From: Hydrolagus affinis
Taxonomy: Eukaryota
NCBI GenBank assembly: GCA_012026655.1
Contig: JAAILG010000953.1
Span: 1-64,000, forward strand
Direction: 5' to 3'
Length of the DNA: 64,000 nucleotides
Below, one piece after another: positions 12,939 through 26,676 of the stretch. The notes below the pieces were generated by a model. The model made no database searches. It worked only from the letters and a program-made list of their open reading frames with translations, and was not told where the DNA came from. The translations under genes and the position numbers were made by a program. Position 1 is the first letter of the stretch; every line of letters begins with the position of its first letter.

Positions 12939-15482
12939 CTGAACGGAGAGAAAGAAAAAAAACATGTGCAGCTGAACAAAAGCCATACTGGAGGATGCAG
13001 GTAGGCTGATCTCTCGTCTATTGTATTTAACATCCCATTTCAATCTATTTCAGGCTTTTAATGTCCTTGAACCAACTATGAGATATATTTCAGACATTAC
13101 CTGAGAGGGAAAATAAGTGGATAGTTAAAAATGAAGATATAATATATAGAACTGAGAAATACTTTTTTTTACACACTCTTTGCACATAAGAAATTGATTA
13201 AACAGAAAGGACTTCTTTTTCCCTTCTGTTTTAATTTTAATGAGACCAAAAACAATGAAGCTTTTGAGTTTAAATGTGCATATATCATTTTTATTGCAAG
13301 ATGATATTGCACCAAATATTTGTGCCTTTTTAAAAAAAAAAATATGCATTGCATGTTATTAGCACGCATTGTTACGGTTTAATGAATAAAATAAAGTAAA
13401 TAATTTGCAAATGTAATACCACATATTTGAAACATAATGTGTAATGTATTTCCACTATTTACAGGGATGCAGGAGGGATGGGGGGATGAGATATTGAATT
13501 CACTAGCAATGAGATTTGTTCTTCGCATGAATTACTGTCAGAGGTTTCATTTAAACTCTGTGGGGTCTGAACACTTCTGAAAATATTCCCCACCTAATGC
13601 TGCTCTCTTCTTGTGCTAGCTTGAGGTCTCTGTGGGAAATCACTCAAATGTTCAACATTTTAATATCTGACAATTGTTTCAGAATCCGTTTCATTGCAAA
13701 GCGGCGGGGGTAGGGTGGGTGGGTGGGAGAGGGGGATTAATTTTGCATTAAAACCTTATATTGACCGACATAGCTTTACACCGTGAGATTGAAAACGGAT
13801 TCCAGGCAAAGAAACCTAACTTGCTTTCCCATCACCTTTTCATCTATCAACCACCTCCCCACCCCCATCCCCCACTCCACTTCCCACCTCAGAAAAGCAA
13901 AGAAAAGACTGCAAAAGCAAGCACGTTGTGCAACCCAGTAGTGCAGAGGCAAAACAACGGTTAAGGATCCTTTTTCAAATGTTCTCCTGCTGCAAACTCC
14001 ACTGATACTGTCTACCGCCAGTGGTCCGAGGTCAATGAGCGCTATTACAAATCAAGGTGTCTGGCAGGACATGTGAGTGAGGGCAGAACTCACCCTATGA
14101 TCACGCACCTTGAGGAAAAACACATGGGTGTCTATTTCACGCTCAGCGCTAAAAATAACAAACTTTTTTTCACTGTGTCCTTAGAGTGGGAATTCCCATC
14201 TATAAAGATGCAGCAGAAAATATTACTATTTTTAGCATTCATTGTAAAAGAAACACCCCACTGCTACTCCTCCTCCCACATTTTTTTTCCTATCTGCAAT
14301 TCGTTTTATTTTTTCTCCCCAGACATTTCTCGTCAGGTCGGTTGACAAAGGTGACTTTTTCCCCCGCGTGAGTAGTCGATTGTTACATAAAGACGAATAA
14401 TACTCCAAATTCCAGCCCAAACGGCATCGGAACTATAATCAAAAACTCCACTGCAACACCCAGCCTACCTACTCCCTCTGCACAAAATACACAGCCAGCT
14501 GTCGGGATAAATAATATTCTGAAAACACCCATTACAACATTTAAATGAAAAGACACAACATGAGCGAGAAGAGCGGATATACTGTTGAAAAGCAGTTGTG
14601 TGATTTTACTGACTCTGCAAAAGGGAGAAATCACTTCCAGGGTGTACAGAGATCAAATTGGCTCTCAGTGTAAAACTTTTCAAGTGAACTCACCAACATA
14701 TACGTTAAACTAAGGGCTAATGGCTAACCTGGAATTTACTAGATTTAAACCTTATCTGTGGCTCAGCAATAAATCTGTGCAATGAGTGCTGCTGCCAATT
14801 CTCACAGCAAATGATTTATTTAACTGGACACAAGCACTCCACAAACTAAAGGTTTCTGTTACAATTCACTTAAAAATACTAATGTTGTCAATTGGGGTTT
14901 TTAAACCTATGCAAATTGCATTAAACTGTCTCATTTGACTACATAGACTCTATACTTCAAAGCACAAAGCATCTGCAATTCATTTGTGGTGGTACCTGCA
15001 TCTTGTCTACAGATACACATTGCATGATTAAATCCATTTTCTTGAATATGATTACACTTAAATTGTATACAATTACGGCATTTTTGATAATTACTATTTG
15101 CAACCAAAAATATACGGAACACAATGCTGAGCAATGTTTTGGTGCTGTGAAAATACAACAATAGCATAAGCAATATGGATTATCATATTTTTCTTTTTTT
15201 TAAATGTTAACCTGAAGTAGACCGGATTATACATTTAGGGCAAATTTACATTGCATTAAATCGCTGTAATTACAGATGAACCGTCTTCAAAGACACCGCT
15301 TTTGGGGGATGAAGAGAAATTTGAAAAAATCCAAGGACATTTGAGCATTAAGTGTTATTATTATGTGGCCTGCTAGTTATTTCTTTGATATGCATCTTGT
15401 GACCTGTATATAAAATTCATAGTTTCAGAAGTGACATGTGCAAGCCTGGACAACTAAGGGAAAAGGCATATTTCCTGACCTT

Positions 15483-15496
15483 GTAACCATGGCAAC
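15483..15496. promoter_or_regulatory. RFX X-box motif
   Basis: GTAACCATGGCAAC matches the palindromic RFX consensus and lies in repeat-free sequence. Confidence 0.5.
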
Positions 15497-16434
15497 CTTT
15501 CACTGATGAGTAGCAGGCTGTCGATCCATCCCTTTGACACTGGAGGCAAGTATGTGCGGTTGTAGTCTTTGATGGAAATATGAGGATTTTTTTTTACCCT
15601 AACATATTAACCGTGGTGAAATAGTTTTGTAAAATCAAATAAAAATGTGCTGTGCAACAAACGTTCAAGTTAAGAAAAAATACAACCATTCTATTCTTCA
15701 AGATTTTTATTTTGGCCTTGACTGCCTTTATTTACATCTGGCAACAATAAAATAAGTTGTTGAATGTTAAATAACTTGGAAACTTCCAAGCATTCACCTT
15801 TTTTTTCCCTCCCTCTCTCTCCTTTGTGCTGTTTGTTCTCTGACCTTATTGTGTGTTTTTATCGTTTCAGGTTTAGCTGAACTATTTGGGGGTTTAAATA
15901 AAGGTGCTCTGTTTTGGGAAAATACACGTTATAGTTTGGACAAATTTGGGTTTATTTGCTTTGAAGTTTCGCGAACAACCAAAAGGAGAATACCGACTTG
16001 GCCATTCCAATTATGGGGCAAAAAATAAAGACACTGGACTTAGCTTTATCTTAAACTGCACTTTACTGCAAATCCCGTGAAACACTTTGAGAAGCCCCCA
16101 CCCCTTTCCCCGATAATGAAAGGTGCTACATCAAATGCAAGGACTAATATGATTATATATGTTCTTATTGGTATAAACTGTCGGTCTCTTGAAGTGACAG
16201 ACCCACGGAAAACAAGTCTCAAAATCCGTGAATATAAATGCAAACCTTTTATAGCATTCAAACTGAATATTGAAGTATGTACTTTTGTGAGCATTTCCTG
16301 CCTCGTCAGCTGATGTGCTGAACACCCACCCAACACTGTTCTGAGACTTATCATGATCCTTGTGGTCACGGTTAAGCCACATAGAAGAGGTGAACACATT
16401 CAGCATTCAAATCTCTATCCAGATCACGAAAGTG

Positions 16435-16745
16435 CAGTCCTGTAGCTCAGTGGTTAGAGCACTCGCATTACAAGCGGGAGACCTGAGCTCAAATCCAGGC
16501 AGGACAGAACTTTGGGCAAGTTTCCTTACTCCACATGCCTATAATAATCAGTCCAAAAAAACCCAATAATAATTTGATCATTTCAATCCACGACTGTTTG
16601 TGGGATACTGCTGTGCGCAATTGGCTGCCTCGTTTCGCCCACATATATACAGTCAATTCATTTAACAGTATACTCTGTGAAGCGCTTTAAGACATCTAGA
16701 AGATATGAAAAGTGCTAAATCAAATGCAAGGATCATTATTGTTAA
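16435..16745 (+). mobile_element. Young tRNA-headed SINE, full length
   Basis: gtcctgtagctcagtggttagagcactcgcattacaagcggg head, followed by core and tail. Confidence 0.92.
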
Positions 16746-17954
16746 TAATATGTATTCAACACACCTTACATCACTGAGTCGCTGTATATAACTGGGGGCT
16801 ACAGGCTACTCATTCAATTGATTCCCAGAGACATTGCAATCAACCTGATAATTTGGGAGTGGCCAAACCCACGAGTCAATTATCAAGGACACAACTAGGA
16901 AAAAAGCATGATATTTTAATGCAGATGATTTACTAATTTCACTGCCTGTGGGAATCGGTAATTTACTTGCGTGCAAAGTATCGCAGCAAAATTATTCCTA
17001 AAAGAGCTGCGTGCAATTTGCCACCGCTGATGATGGAATCACTAACACTGGGAAATGGCTAACAATTTGTCGAATTAAACACACTGCAATGCTGTACTGT
17101 GTAATGTTTCTTATTAAACAAGCAAGGCAGCACTCCTGCCAGTTTACACGTGGGTGCTCTGAGCAGTCTGCACCTGCTACTTCCCACCCACCTCCAGGCT
17201 GCCTTGGTCTCCCAGGTGATGCACGGTTCGATAACTGACAATTGCTGTTGACCCCACACATGACAGAAGAGAGGAAGGGAGGGGGGAGTGGGGAGGAGAG
17301 AGGAGGAAGGTTCTAGGGCTTCACCTCTTTTCGTTATATAAATATATATTTTTTTTACAAAATTCCATGTAAATATATATTGAAAGAAACTGGGGAACGA
17401 TAACATACAGTAACGTACTTGGTATTTAGATTGTAACAAAAATCTGCACAGGCTCCTTCAAACAAATAAAAACCGAGTGAAACCATTCAAGATTCCTTTT
17501 GTAGCTACACAGGCTTTAAACTGACCTGGTAGTTTCTTTGCACCAGCTAGCAATTCCTAGCTGTGGCGTTTGTGACTTAAGGATGAATTTGCCGTAAGTG
17601 ATTTTTTTTTAGTCATTCCAGTGTCTGACAGACGCGGAAATCCATGCTTAAGTGCATCAAAACCAAACTGAGATTTCCATGCATTCCATCCCACATACAC
17701 ATGGAAATCCCAGAGATAGATTGTTCGAATGGAATGCACTCTCTCTCCCTGCAGGGACACATTGGTGAAAGGCTGTTATGTGCATTTATTCCCATTTATT
17801 TCTTATCTCTGCCCAGCACTGATTGCAATAAACTCTGAAAGTGACATTATTGCTCATTATTATTTTCATTACAGACAATATCAGTCCGCTGTGATCTCAT
17901 TATACATGTTTACCAGTCTCGAAATTGGTGTTGAAAAACTTCTATTAAGATGAC

Positions 17955-18170
17955 CCCAGTGGCTCAGTTTGGTTGCTGCTGTGAGTGGCTGAGTCTTACA
18001 AAGCGGGAAAAGTCCCAGGTTTAATACTTGGTCTTCGCTGAGCGATCCGATTTAAGCTAGGTCGGCAGGGGGGAGGGAGATGAGGCGTTAAAATTGTCCT
18101 CGGCTCCCCAGGTTAAGGAGGGGAAATAAAATCAGACAGATTTTTCCCACTGGGGATTGCTGTCAAAGGA
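17955..18170 (+). mobile_element. Decayed ancient tRNA-derived SINE of a different family
   Basis: gtggctcagtttgg A box, gtcccaggtttaatac B-box-like motif, and a distinct body (gctgagcgatccgatttaagc..aattgtcctcggctcccc). Confidence 0.45.
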
Positions 18171-18920
18171 CACCCATCAACCAACCAGAAACAAAGCAAC
18201 TCCCAGGCACTGCACAAAGTGAGCCCCAGCCACAAAACAAACCAAAACAATCTGACGTCGGCTGCTAAAAAGATATTACTGTATTTTAGAAATAATCCGC
18301 AGCCATTGCAAAAAAAATGTCATAGACATCAAGCAAACAAGTGGACAGCTTAATACACTAGCTACAGACATCTGCTGCTGCTACGACATCTCAGCAAACA
18401 GTGCTTTGGCCGTCAAAGGAAGCCTATCTTTGTCACTTGGCTTGCGTTTATTGTCTTGTAAACACAGTAACTTCCATAAACAGCTCCGAAAGGTAAGGCT
18501 GGGGCAGAAGTCACAACTTTCATTTCACTTGTGAAACAATGCAGGGAATTTCAGAGTGTCTGCAGGGCTCATGGGTGACGCTGACTGCTCGCTTCTGAAA
18601 TTGTAGTTTGCGGATTCTCTCCCACAGCATTCTGCAAATCATTTCAACTGCATTTCATTTACATGGCACACAACTGCGCTCTAAGTGTCCGACACATGTG
18701 GAAGCCCATCAATATGCTTAAGACTATCCAAACCAGACAGAGTGCTATATGTATATGCCACCTCCCCTCTGCCTCTTCAGATGGACATTAAAGATCCCAT
18801 GGCACTATTCAAAAAGGGAAGGGAGTTTCTCCCAGTGTCCTGGCCAAGAATACCCCAAATAATACAGGTCATTCACTCCATGGCTATTTGTACAACATTG
18901 TTGTATGCAATTAGCTGCCA

Positions 18921-19742
18921 CCTGTAGCTCAGAGGTTAGAGCACTCGCCTTACAAGCGAGAGACCTTGTTTCAATTTCCGGCAGGGCGAAACCTTCGGCA
19001 AATTTCCTTACTCCATACGCCTAATAATAATCCCTCAAAAAGAAAATTGTTTATTTCAATCCATGACTGGATTAAACAAGGATGTTAAGGCATTGGAAAG
19101 GGTGCAAAGAAGGTTTACTGGAATGGTACCAGGATTGAGGGACTTCAGTTATGAGGAACGGTTAGATAGGCTATAGGTTTATTCTCTTTGGAACAGAGAA
19201 GGTTGAGAGGAGACCTAATAAAGGTTTATAAAATCATGAGGGGATCCAACAGGGTGAATAAGGAAAAACTGTTTCCACTGGTGGCCGACTTGTGGTCACA
19301 GATTTAAAATAGTTTCAAAACGAAGCAGAGGGGAGCTGAGGAGAAATGTTTTCACTCAGCGGGTTGTTCGAATCTGGAATGCATTGCCTGAAAAGGTGGT
19401 GGAGGCCGATTCGATAACAGCTTTTCAAAAAGAGAATTAGATCTTTATTTAGGGAGAACAGGTCTATTAGATTATGGGGAGAGAGTGGGGCAGTGGGATT
19501 GAGTTGCTCTTTTCAAAGAGTCGGCACAGACTAGATGGGCTAAATGGCCTCCTTTTGTGCCGTAAAATTCTATGATTCTATGACTGTTTGTGAGACACTG
19601 CTGTGCTCAATTGGTTGCTGTGTTTCACCTACATATATACAGTCAATTCACTGTACAGTATATTCTGTGAAGTGCATTGAGATGTCTAGAAGAGGTGAAA
19701 GGCCCTATATCACATGCAAGGATTATTCTTATTCTTCTTATT
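18921..19742 (+). mobile_element. Young tRNA-headed SINE interrupted by CR1
   Basis: Head to 19069; resumes at 19580 (atgactgtttgtgagacactgctgtg). Confidence 0.9.
19070..19582 (+). mobile_element. 5'-truncated CR1 LINE (RT C-terminus + 3'UTR + ATTCTATG tail) inserted in a SINE
   Basis: KDVKALERVQRRFTGMVPGLRDFSYEERLDRL and LFSLEQRRLRGDLIKVYKIMRG; (ATTCTATG)2 tail; flanking ATGACTG duplication at 19063-19069 and 19580-19586. Confidence 0.92.
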
Positions 19743-22700
19743 AAGATCATCCACAAAATATACAGTTTTACAGTTTATCCTCTGAAGCACTTCAAGACAT
19801 GTCAATTGCATGTTAAGGTACTAAATGTACAGTCAATTCACTTAATAGTAATACTCGTTGAAGCACTTTGAGATGTCTAGAGCTATATCAAAAGATTGTC
19901 ATTATTATATCAAATGCAAGGATTATTATTTTTATTACCCACACATGGAAAAGTCCCATGTCTGAAATGGAATGTGTGTTCTCTTCCTGGAAGGACATAC
20001 CTTGCTTGTTCAATTCCAAAGAGTACTTGGGAGCCCCAGTTACTGTTGTGAAACCACCCAGCTTGCCATTAATGGATCTATCTGGCACACTTCTCGCTGA
20101 TTGACCAGCTAGGACTACCTTACCTAATCAGGTAGGTTTGGTTTGTAAGGTTAAATCCCTGCTCTCATTCACTGGATGGACACAAAACTCCCTGCTGTAA
20201 ATTGAAAGAGTTTACTGTAAAAGTGTCGCCCCCTCAAGCTGCACGTTTGTAGGAGATGCACTGAGAATAATCAGATTACTCTTAACTAGGGGGCAAGACA
20301 GCTGCTGTGGTCGTGGTATATTGCTGACAGCGTGCCTTTCCTTCGTGGATGTGCCTATGATACAGATAAATAAAAAGCCCACTCACTCAGAGAGAAGAGG
20401 CAAATTAAAAATAAAATATTACCGGACAAACCCTAGGCATCACCACTGGTGTTAAATTATTCCATATCTCATGCAAGTGCGCGTCGCTTCCCTGTTTTAT
20501 TTGTTCACAGGTCCCACAATTGCTTCCTTAAGGCCTTGATCAGGCCTATGTCCAAGTTGGACACTCCCCATTTGCAGGCTGGTGTTTTTACATTTGAGCG
20601 TTTTGGCAACATGACTGACAAGACCGACTGCCTGTGGGGGTACGAAAATCCGATCAGTCGAGGGGTGTTTTTTTTTTGTTCTTTAAAAGGTGTCAGTTTG
20701 AGGCACTTGTTTTACATTGCGTAGCACATCAGCAACTCAAACCTAAAACCTGCATCTAGCAAGGCAATCGTTTGGCGTAGCGTACTGCTGTGGTACCAGT
20801 TTTTTTTTTTTAAATCACTGCATAAATGCAATCTCCACATTGAAAATGACTCCTCAGACTGTGGGTGTCTGCATTGATGGATGTATTTATTGCTACGCTC
20901 AGGTGCAATGTCTAGACTCAGAGAGAGAATATTTTGCTGAATACCTGAGCATGCAAAAGTATTATTTTCTTAAGAAACTTAACCTACATAACAAAACATA
21001 AAAAATCATTGGCAGAATCTTCCCCTCCAACTCCCCCCCCCCCCCACTCTCACCCTCCTCACCCCCAAATAATTTTTTAAAATCTTACAAATTTTTTGAA
21101 AACAGATCCTTTTTCTTTTTTAAAAAAGAATAAATGAAAACTAGTGTTGCAGTAGACATGAAAAACTGCTGAATGTCATGATTAAGAAGATCAAAGTACA
21201 CCATTCATTCATTACTGAATAAACTTCAGAATCTTAGCTCACCATTTGCCTGTTATGCTCAGAATTTAACAATTAATTTCATATGTGCAGGTCTCGCAGG
21301 GACCCATTTAGAAGGGACCCTGTTTGAAACATCACCTCAAGCATCTTATTCTTTCAGATTTAATAGGTTGATCCTAAACACCAATGTTACATTTCCCAAG
21401 AAATACTAAACAAAGATCTATTCAGGCTAAAATTCGTTATTCATTTCTGCATTTGCACACAAAATACTTCAGATGTACCAATTCATTTATTTAATTGATT
21501 TGATTATTTGACCGGGAAAGAAAATTCCAATATTTATTTCCTTTTACCAAAAACAAAATATATTTAAAGTTGTGACACACACTCTGTGTTAGTAAATCTA
21601 ACACTGACTAATTTGCAACCCTGATATTAAATGAAACACGTATTTTTTGATAACACCAAACATAACATTATGGCAGAAAAGCATAAAGCAGCAGTGGGAA
21701 CTGAAAAATAATGTTTAGCAAATTCTTTGGAATAGGCATTACCAAATTTTATTTCATGCACTGCGAATGCTTGAACAACCATGTTGTATTTTATTAATAT
21801 CATAATTCAAACAGAAATTCATTTAACCCCCCTGGTGCTCCCATCAAAACTGAAAGTTGCAAATTCTAGGTGGCACTGCCTAGACAGTAATATCAAATTT
21901 TAATAACAGTTTTTCTCCTCCAGCCACCTCTATTCTGAATGAGAGCATAAATTGCTGTGGCTTGACCACTATTACTTTTGGAACCAATCTGACTTCCACA
22001 CACCCTCATCTCAACATATCTGATGCCGGCTCCCACCGCATTATTGATAGCAAGGAAAGGTCATATGATAAATGAGACAAAAAAAATCAGAACATATTAG
22101 TCTGCAGCTTTGTTATCAGTGTGCGCCAAAATAACAGATTTTTTTTTATTTCACTTTGCCTGTGAATAACTTTAAGTTGCATTTTTTCCCCTAGCTGGGC
22201 AAACCTGAAAATAAAGGAGAATGATTTGCTTCCTAGCATTTGTTCAATACATACCAGAAGTAATAATGCACATTAATAACTGAGAGTGTGCATTGTGCTA
22301 CAATTAAAGGAGCCACTAGTGCCCAGTTTGGTTCATTTGCTGTCCAGACTGGATATCAAGCTTCCTAAATTTGCAAGAACGAGACTTGCAACGGTAGAAA
22401 CATTATTAATGATACTCTATTCAAGCCACCAAGATCTGCATTAATCAGCTCTGAAGAGAGGCACCACCACATTGTGCTGGATTCATGAGTACGAGGCATA
22501 TTCTAGTGAAATTATTTCACAACATGCAACAGACGAGAGAGCAATAAAAATGTGTTAGAAACAAGAAAATATTGTTGGGATTAAACAGCGATCAGATTAA
22601 AGGCAAACAGCAACTTAAAACCAGTAAGATTGAAAAGGAATATGCTGGTTATTTTTGCAAGCAAATGCTTGCTTCAGCACACCTACAAACAGAGTATTTC

Positions 22701-23989
22701 TTTCTCATTACGGGTTAAACTGGTCGCGTTTCACAAACATTTGCAGTTGCCTGGAATAAGGGCACTTTATTCTCCCCTAAAATCTCAATGTTTTAAAGCC
22801 GAACATTCATTAACACGAGACAGAAAGACATGATGGAATGGCGTAGCACTTGAACATTTAAATTCTGAACCCGACATTTGGGTCACTGAGATTGAAGATA
22901 AATGTTTCAACCTTCATTTGTTCAATCCAAAAAGCCATATTTGCCAATTATTGCACGTTCATAATGCTGACATTTCTGCATGGTTATTGTTGCAGCTCAC
23001 CTCTTAAACAGCAGACGTTGTAAATAACAGACGTTATAAATAAAACCACATCTCGAAGTGATTTTACTGTGAAGTGTAGTGACTGCATAGGTGAATGTGC
23101 CAAGCAATTTGCACACAGCGACGTCCCACAAACAGCCATTAAGCGAACAACCAATTTTAATATTAAAAAATGTGAAGTTACTAAATAGTAAAGATCCTAA
23201 GCCACAGTGTTATGTAATTGATACCAGGACTACTGTAGTATCTACGATTTGTGGAATGCAAACAACACTGTGTATTACCTTGAAGACATAGAAAGTCAAA
23301 AATGAGGAGGGGGAAGGGTGGAAAGGTAGATACAGAGCAAATTATTTTGGCCCCACTGTCAACTTTGGAGGTTTAAGAAATATCTTATCCTGTCAAGTTG
23401 ATTTGGTAGTAGGATGAAAAATGTCAAAAGTGAGGATGACAAATCAGTCTTGTGAGGGAAAGTGACTCCGAGACAAGAGATGTCATTTTTCATGATTGCC
23501 ATTTGGCTGCTGAGGTTTTTTTTTGTGTTTCCTTATTGTTTTTTTTAAGACAAACACTGTCTTGTTGACATTTTCTTTTTGTGTGTGTGTGTGATGTGTG
23601 TGAAAAAATGTATCTTATTAATAAAATACCGGCTTCCTCAATAATATCCATGCTGTGTTTTTTAAATCAACATAATATACTTTGCAATAAATCCTGTGAA
23701 ATGCTTTGAGGATGTCCCTCCCTCCCACCCTCCCCCCCAATATGAAAACCTCTGTATCCAATGGAAAGATTATTTATTGCATGCAAGCATTTAAGGCATT
23801 CTTTAAAAGAATCGAAAGACAAGATTTTTTTCTTTCCAAACTTTTACGATGCAATCATTCCATTTCTCGCATTGCGAACAAGGCCCTAAAGAGCTGTGAT
23901 GTAGAGGTGTGCAAGCATCATCTACCCAACAGCCAACAGCATAGCCATCATCAAAGTCACAAAGCAGAGCACATCTCCCAAAGCTGCTG

Positions 23990-24560
23990 CATAATACGGG
24001 CAGTAATTAAGCCACAGCTTCAAGGTTGCATGGGCAAGAGCCAATTCACCCTAATGAAGTATCGATTGGCTGTGGTCGAGGTAAAAGAAGTTGACATTCA
24101 TTTAGAGGCAGCCTGGGTAAATACAACACAGTAGCGTTGTGGGACAGAAGCCAGTGACACCATCTCGGAACCTCGCAGAAACAATTAAGCATAATATTTA
24201 TAGTGCCGGCCACTCTTTAAAATTAGAGGTAATTACACAGATACAGCCCTGACATCTGATTTCCAGGCACCAGAATTAACACTTATTGGCAGATGCGTCG
24301 AAAACAAAGTTCAGTATGTCAATTACAGTCCTAATCTTCTGACCACATGCTAGCAAATTGTTGGTCGGATTGAGCGCACAAAATTAAGTGGGATCTTCGA
24401 ATAATATTACGGCTGTTGACACTGAGCTGTTAATCTTAATGTATCATACAGAACTGCTGGGGTAATGCAGAGAACAAAATTATGATTTTAAGTGGAGAGA
24501 TTAGATTGTAGAGCCTAAGCAGCTGTCATTAAGCTGTAAAGATATCAGTGAAACGTTCCT
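23990..24560. promoter_or_regulatory. Candidate conserved non-coding enhancer
   Basis: Repeat-free, dense TAAT/TAATTA/TAATCT homeodomain sites, TGACA/TGTCA sites and retained CpGs. Confidence 0.45.
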
Positions 24561-25137
24561 CTGCATGCTAGAAATTCTATATCCCTCAGAGAAGCAAACT
24601 TATCAGACCATTAGTCCTCATCATGCTTATTTTACTGATCATATTGGTTCTGGGGCATTCAAAGCAGAATTTCTAATATAAACAGAAAATGGTCTATGAA
24701 TCATCAGTCATGATGTGATATTGTTAATTCCCAAACCCTTTACAATAGTTTATTTCTTCTGTGGATGATTATTTTATACTGCATGGAAACTATTAAACCA
24801 AAGATGCATTTCGATGTTTTGTGCAATCACATCATTTTTCATTACCGATGTCATTCCGCAGCTTAATAGTTTTAAGACATGGTAGTTTTGTTAATGCAAC
24901 AAACTAGGAAACAGTTTGCCTTTTCCAGTACATTTGTCCAATAAAACATTCTTGCCAAATCCATTATATCAAAAACTTCATTATTTTGAATTACAGAATT
25001 CAGTGGCAGTGTCTGTCTATTTCAGTAAGCAATACAGAGAAAAGCCAGTTTCTTGATATATGCTTTCATTTCAGATACATTAACAAAAATTAATAGCGAT
25101 TTTTAAACCTCTTTAATCTTGATTATGTTTTTTTTCC

Positions 25138-25785
25138 TTTGGTGGGAGCTGGCCGTAAGCACGGTCCAAGAGGAAGGTTTTCAGGCAGTACTTCAAATCG
25201 GGAGAGAGGGGGCAGGACAGAAGGATTGAGGTAGAGTGTTCCAGGGTTTGGGGGACATAGTGGCTGAAAGGGCAACCTCCGATAGGGAGGTGAAGGATGC
25301 GTGGGATGAGCAGGAGGCCGCTGCTAGTGGAGCACAGGCACCGGTTGGTGGATTGGGGAGTGAGGTGGTCGGAGAGGTAGGGAGAGACTAGGGAGTGAAT
25401 GGATTTGAACACGAGTGTGAGGATCTGGAAGTCAATCCATTTGGTGACAGGAAGCCATTGGCGCTTGGCCAGAACTGATGAGATATAGATACAGAGTTTG
25501 GTCTGGATCAGTAGGTGGGTGACAAAGTTCTATATCAGCTGGATCTTTTGAGTGGTGGAGCCGGGAAGACCAGCGAGGAGTGTGTTATAATCAACTTGGG
25601 AGGTGACAAACACATGCAAAAGGGTTTTGGCTGCATTTGGGGTAAGTTACAGTCAGAGGTGGGCAATATTGCGAAGCTGGAAGAAGGCACCCCTGGTCGG
25701 GGATCAGATGTGGGAGAGGAACAACAGCTGGGGGTCAAACTGGATGCCTGGACTGCACACAGGTTCATCGAGTCTGAGGGACTCC
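25138..25785 (-). mobile_element. L2-clade LINE ORF2 C-terminal fragment
   Basis: FKSIHSLVSPYLSDHL..LLLIPR..IGGCPFSHY..LKTFLLDRAY is the typical L2 C-terminus. Confidence 0.85.
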
Positions 25786-26325
25786 TCATACCATCATATT
25801 ATGGTAAAGTATAATATGTGCAAAAATGTCAGCTTTGATTTTAGTATAAAATATACAAGGAACATGTTTTAAGAAAGCAACAGATCCTCTTGATTCGATA
25901 AAGAACGTTGACTTTTAGCTTGTAATCCAAATTCTTTGGGGGTTTTGGCGGTTAAAGGGCTTAATCCAATCCACCAAGCAGGAAACGCCAAACTGTCTAG
26001 AGTCTAATCCCTTATCTAGGGACAAAACAATTACTCACACTTCCCAAAACCTAAGGAATTCTATATTTCCAGCTTCCCACTTACTCTATTGATCACAAGT
26101 GAGATCTAACTAACTGGACTAACCAGATATTCTCAAACAGTCAAAAGCCCCTTAATTTGATTAAAGATAGAGGACTGACTAATTACCTTAAAACATATCA
26201 ATGATATGGAACAACATCCTCAAAAGAAAGAAAATCATCTGTATTTATGCTTTATAAAATATACATTTCAGAGGAAGGTATTCTAAAACTGATTAAAAGA
26301 AATCTCAGAAACAATCCTCAGTAAA

Positions 26326-26645
26326 CAACAACAACTTACATTTGTATAACGCCCTCCACCCCAGCAGGTGTCTCAGAGTGCTTCACAATAATGGATACCG
26401 GGGCCGAGCCAGGGGGAGAGGCAAAAAGCTGGCCAAAAGCGCGGTCGAAAAGAAAAGTCTTTAGGCGTGATCTCAAAATAGGAAAGGAGGGGGCGAGGCA
26501 AAGGGAGTGAAGAACGGAGTTCCAGAGCCTCAGGGAGTAGTGGCTGAAGGCACGGTCGCCGACGGTCTAACGGAGGATTCGGGGGACAAGGAGGAGGCCA
26601 GACCCAGTAGAACGAAGGCAATGGGTGCTGTTGTGAGGAGAGAGG

Positions 26646-26676
<31 letters not shown>

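Noticed and set aside
23706-24134. 142-aa ORF
   Set aside because: Non-ATG start, no splice context or domain; the sequence looks like non-coding enhancer DNA.
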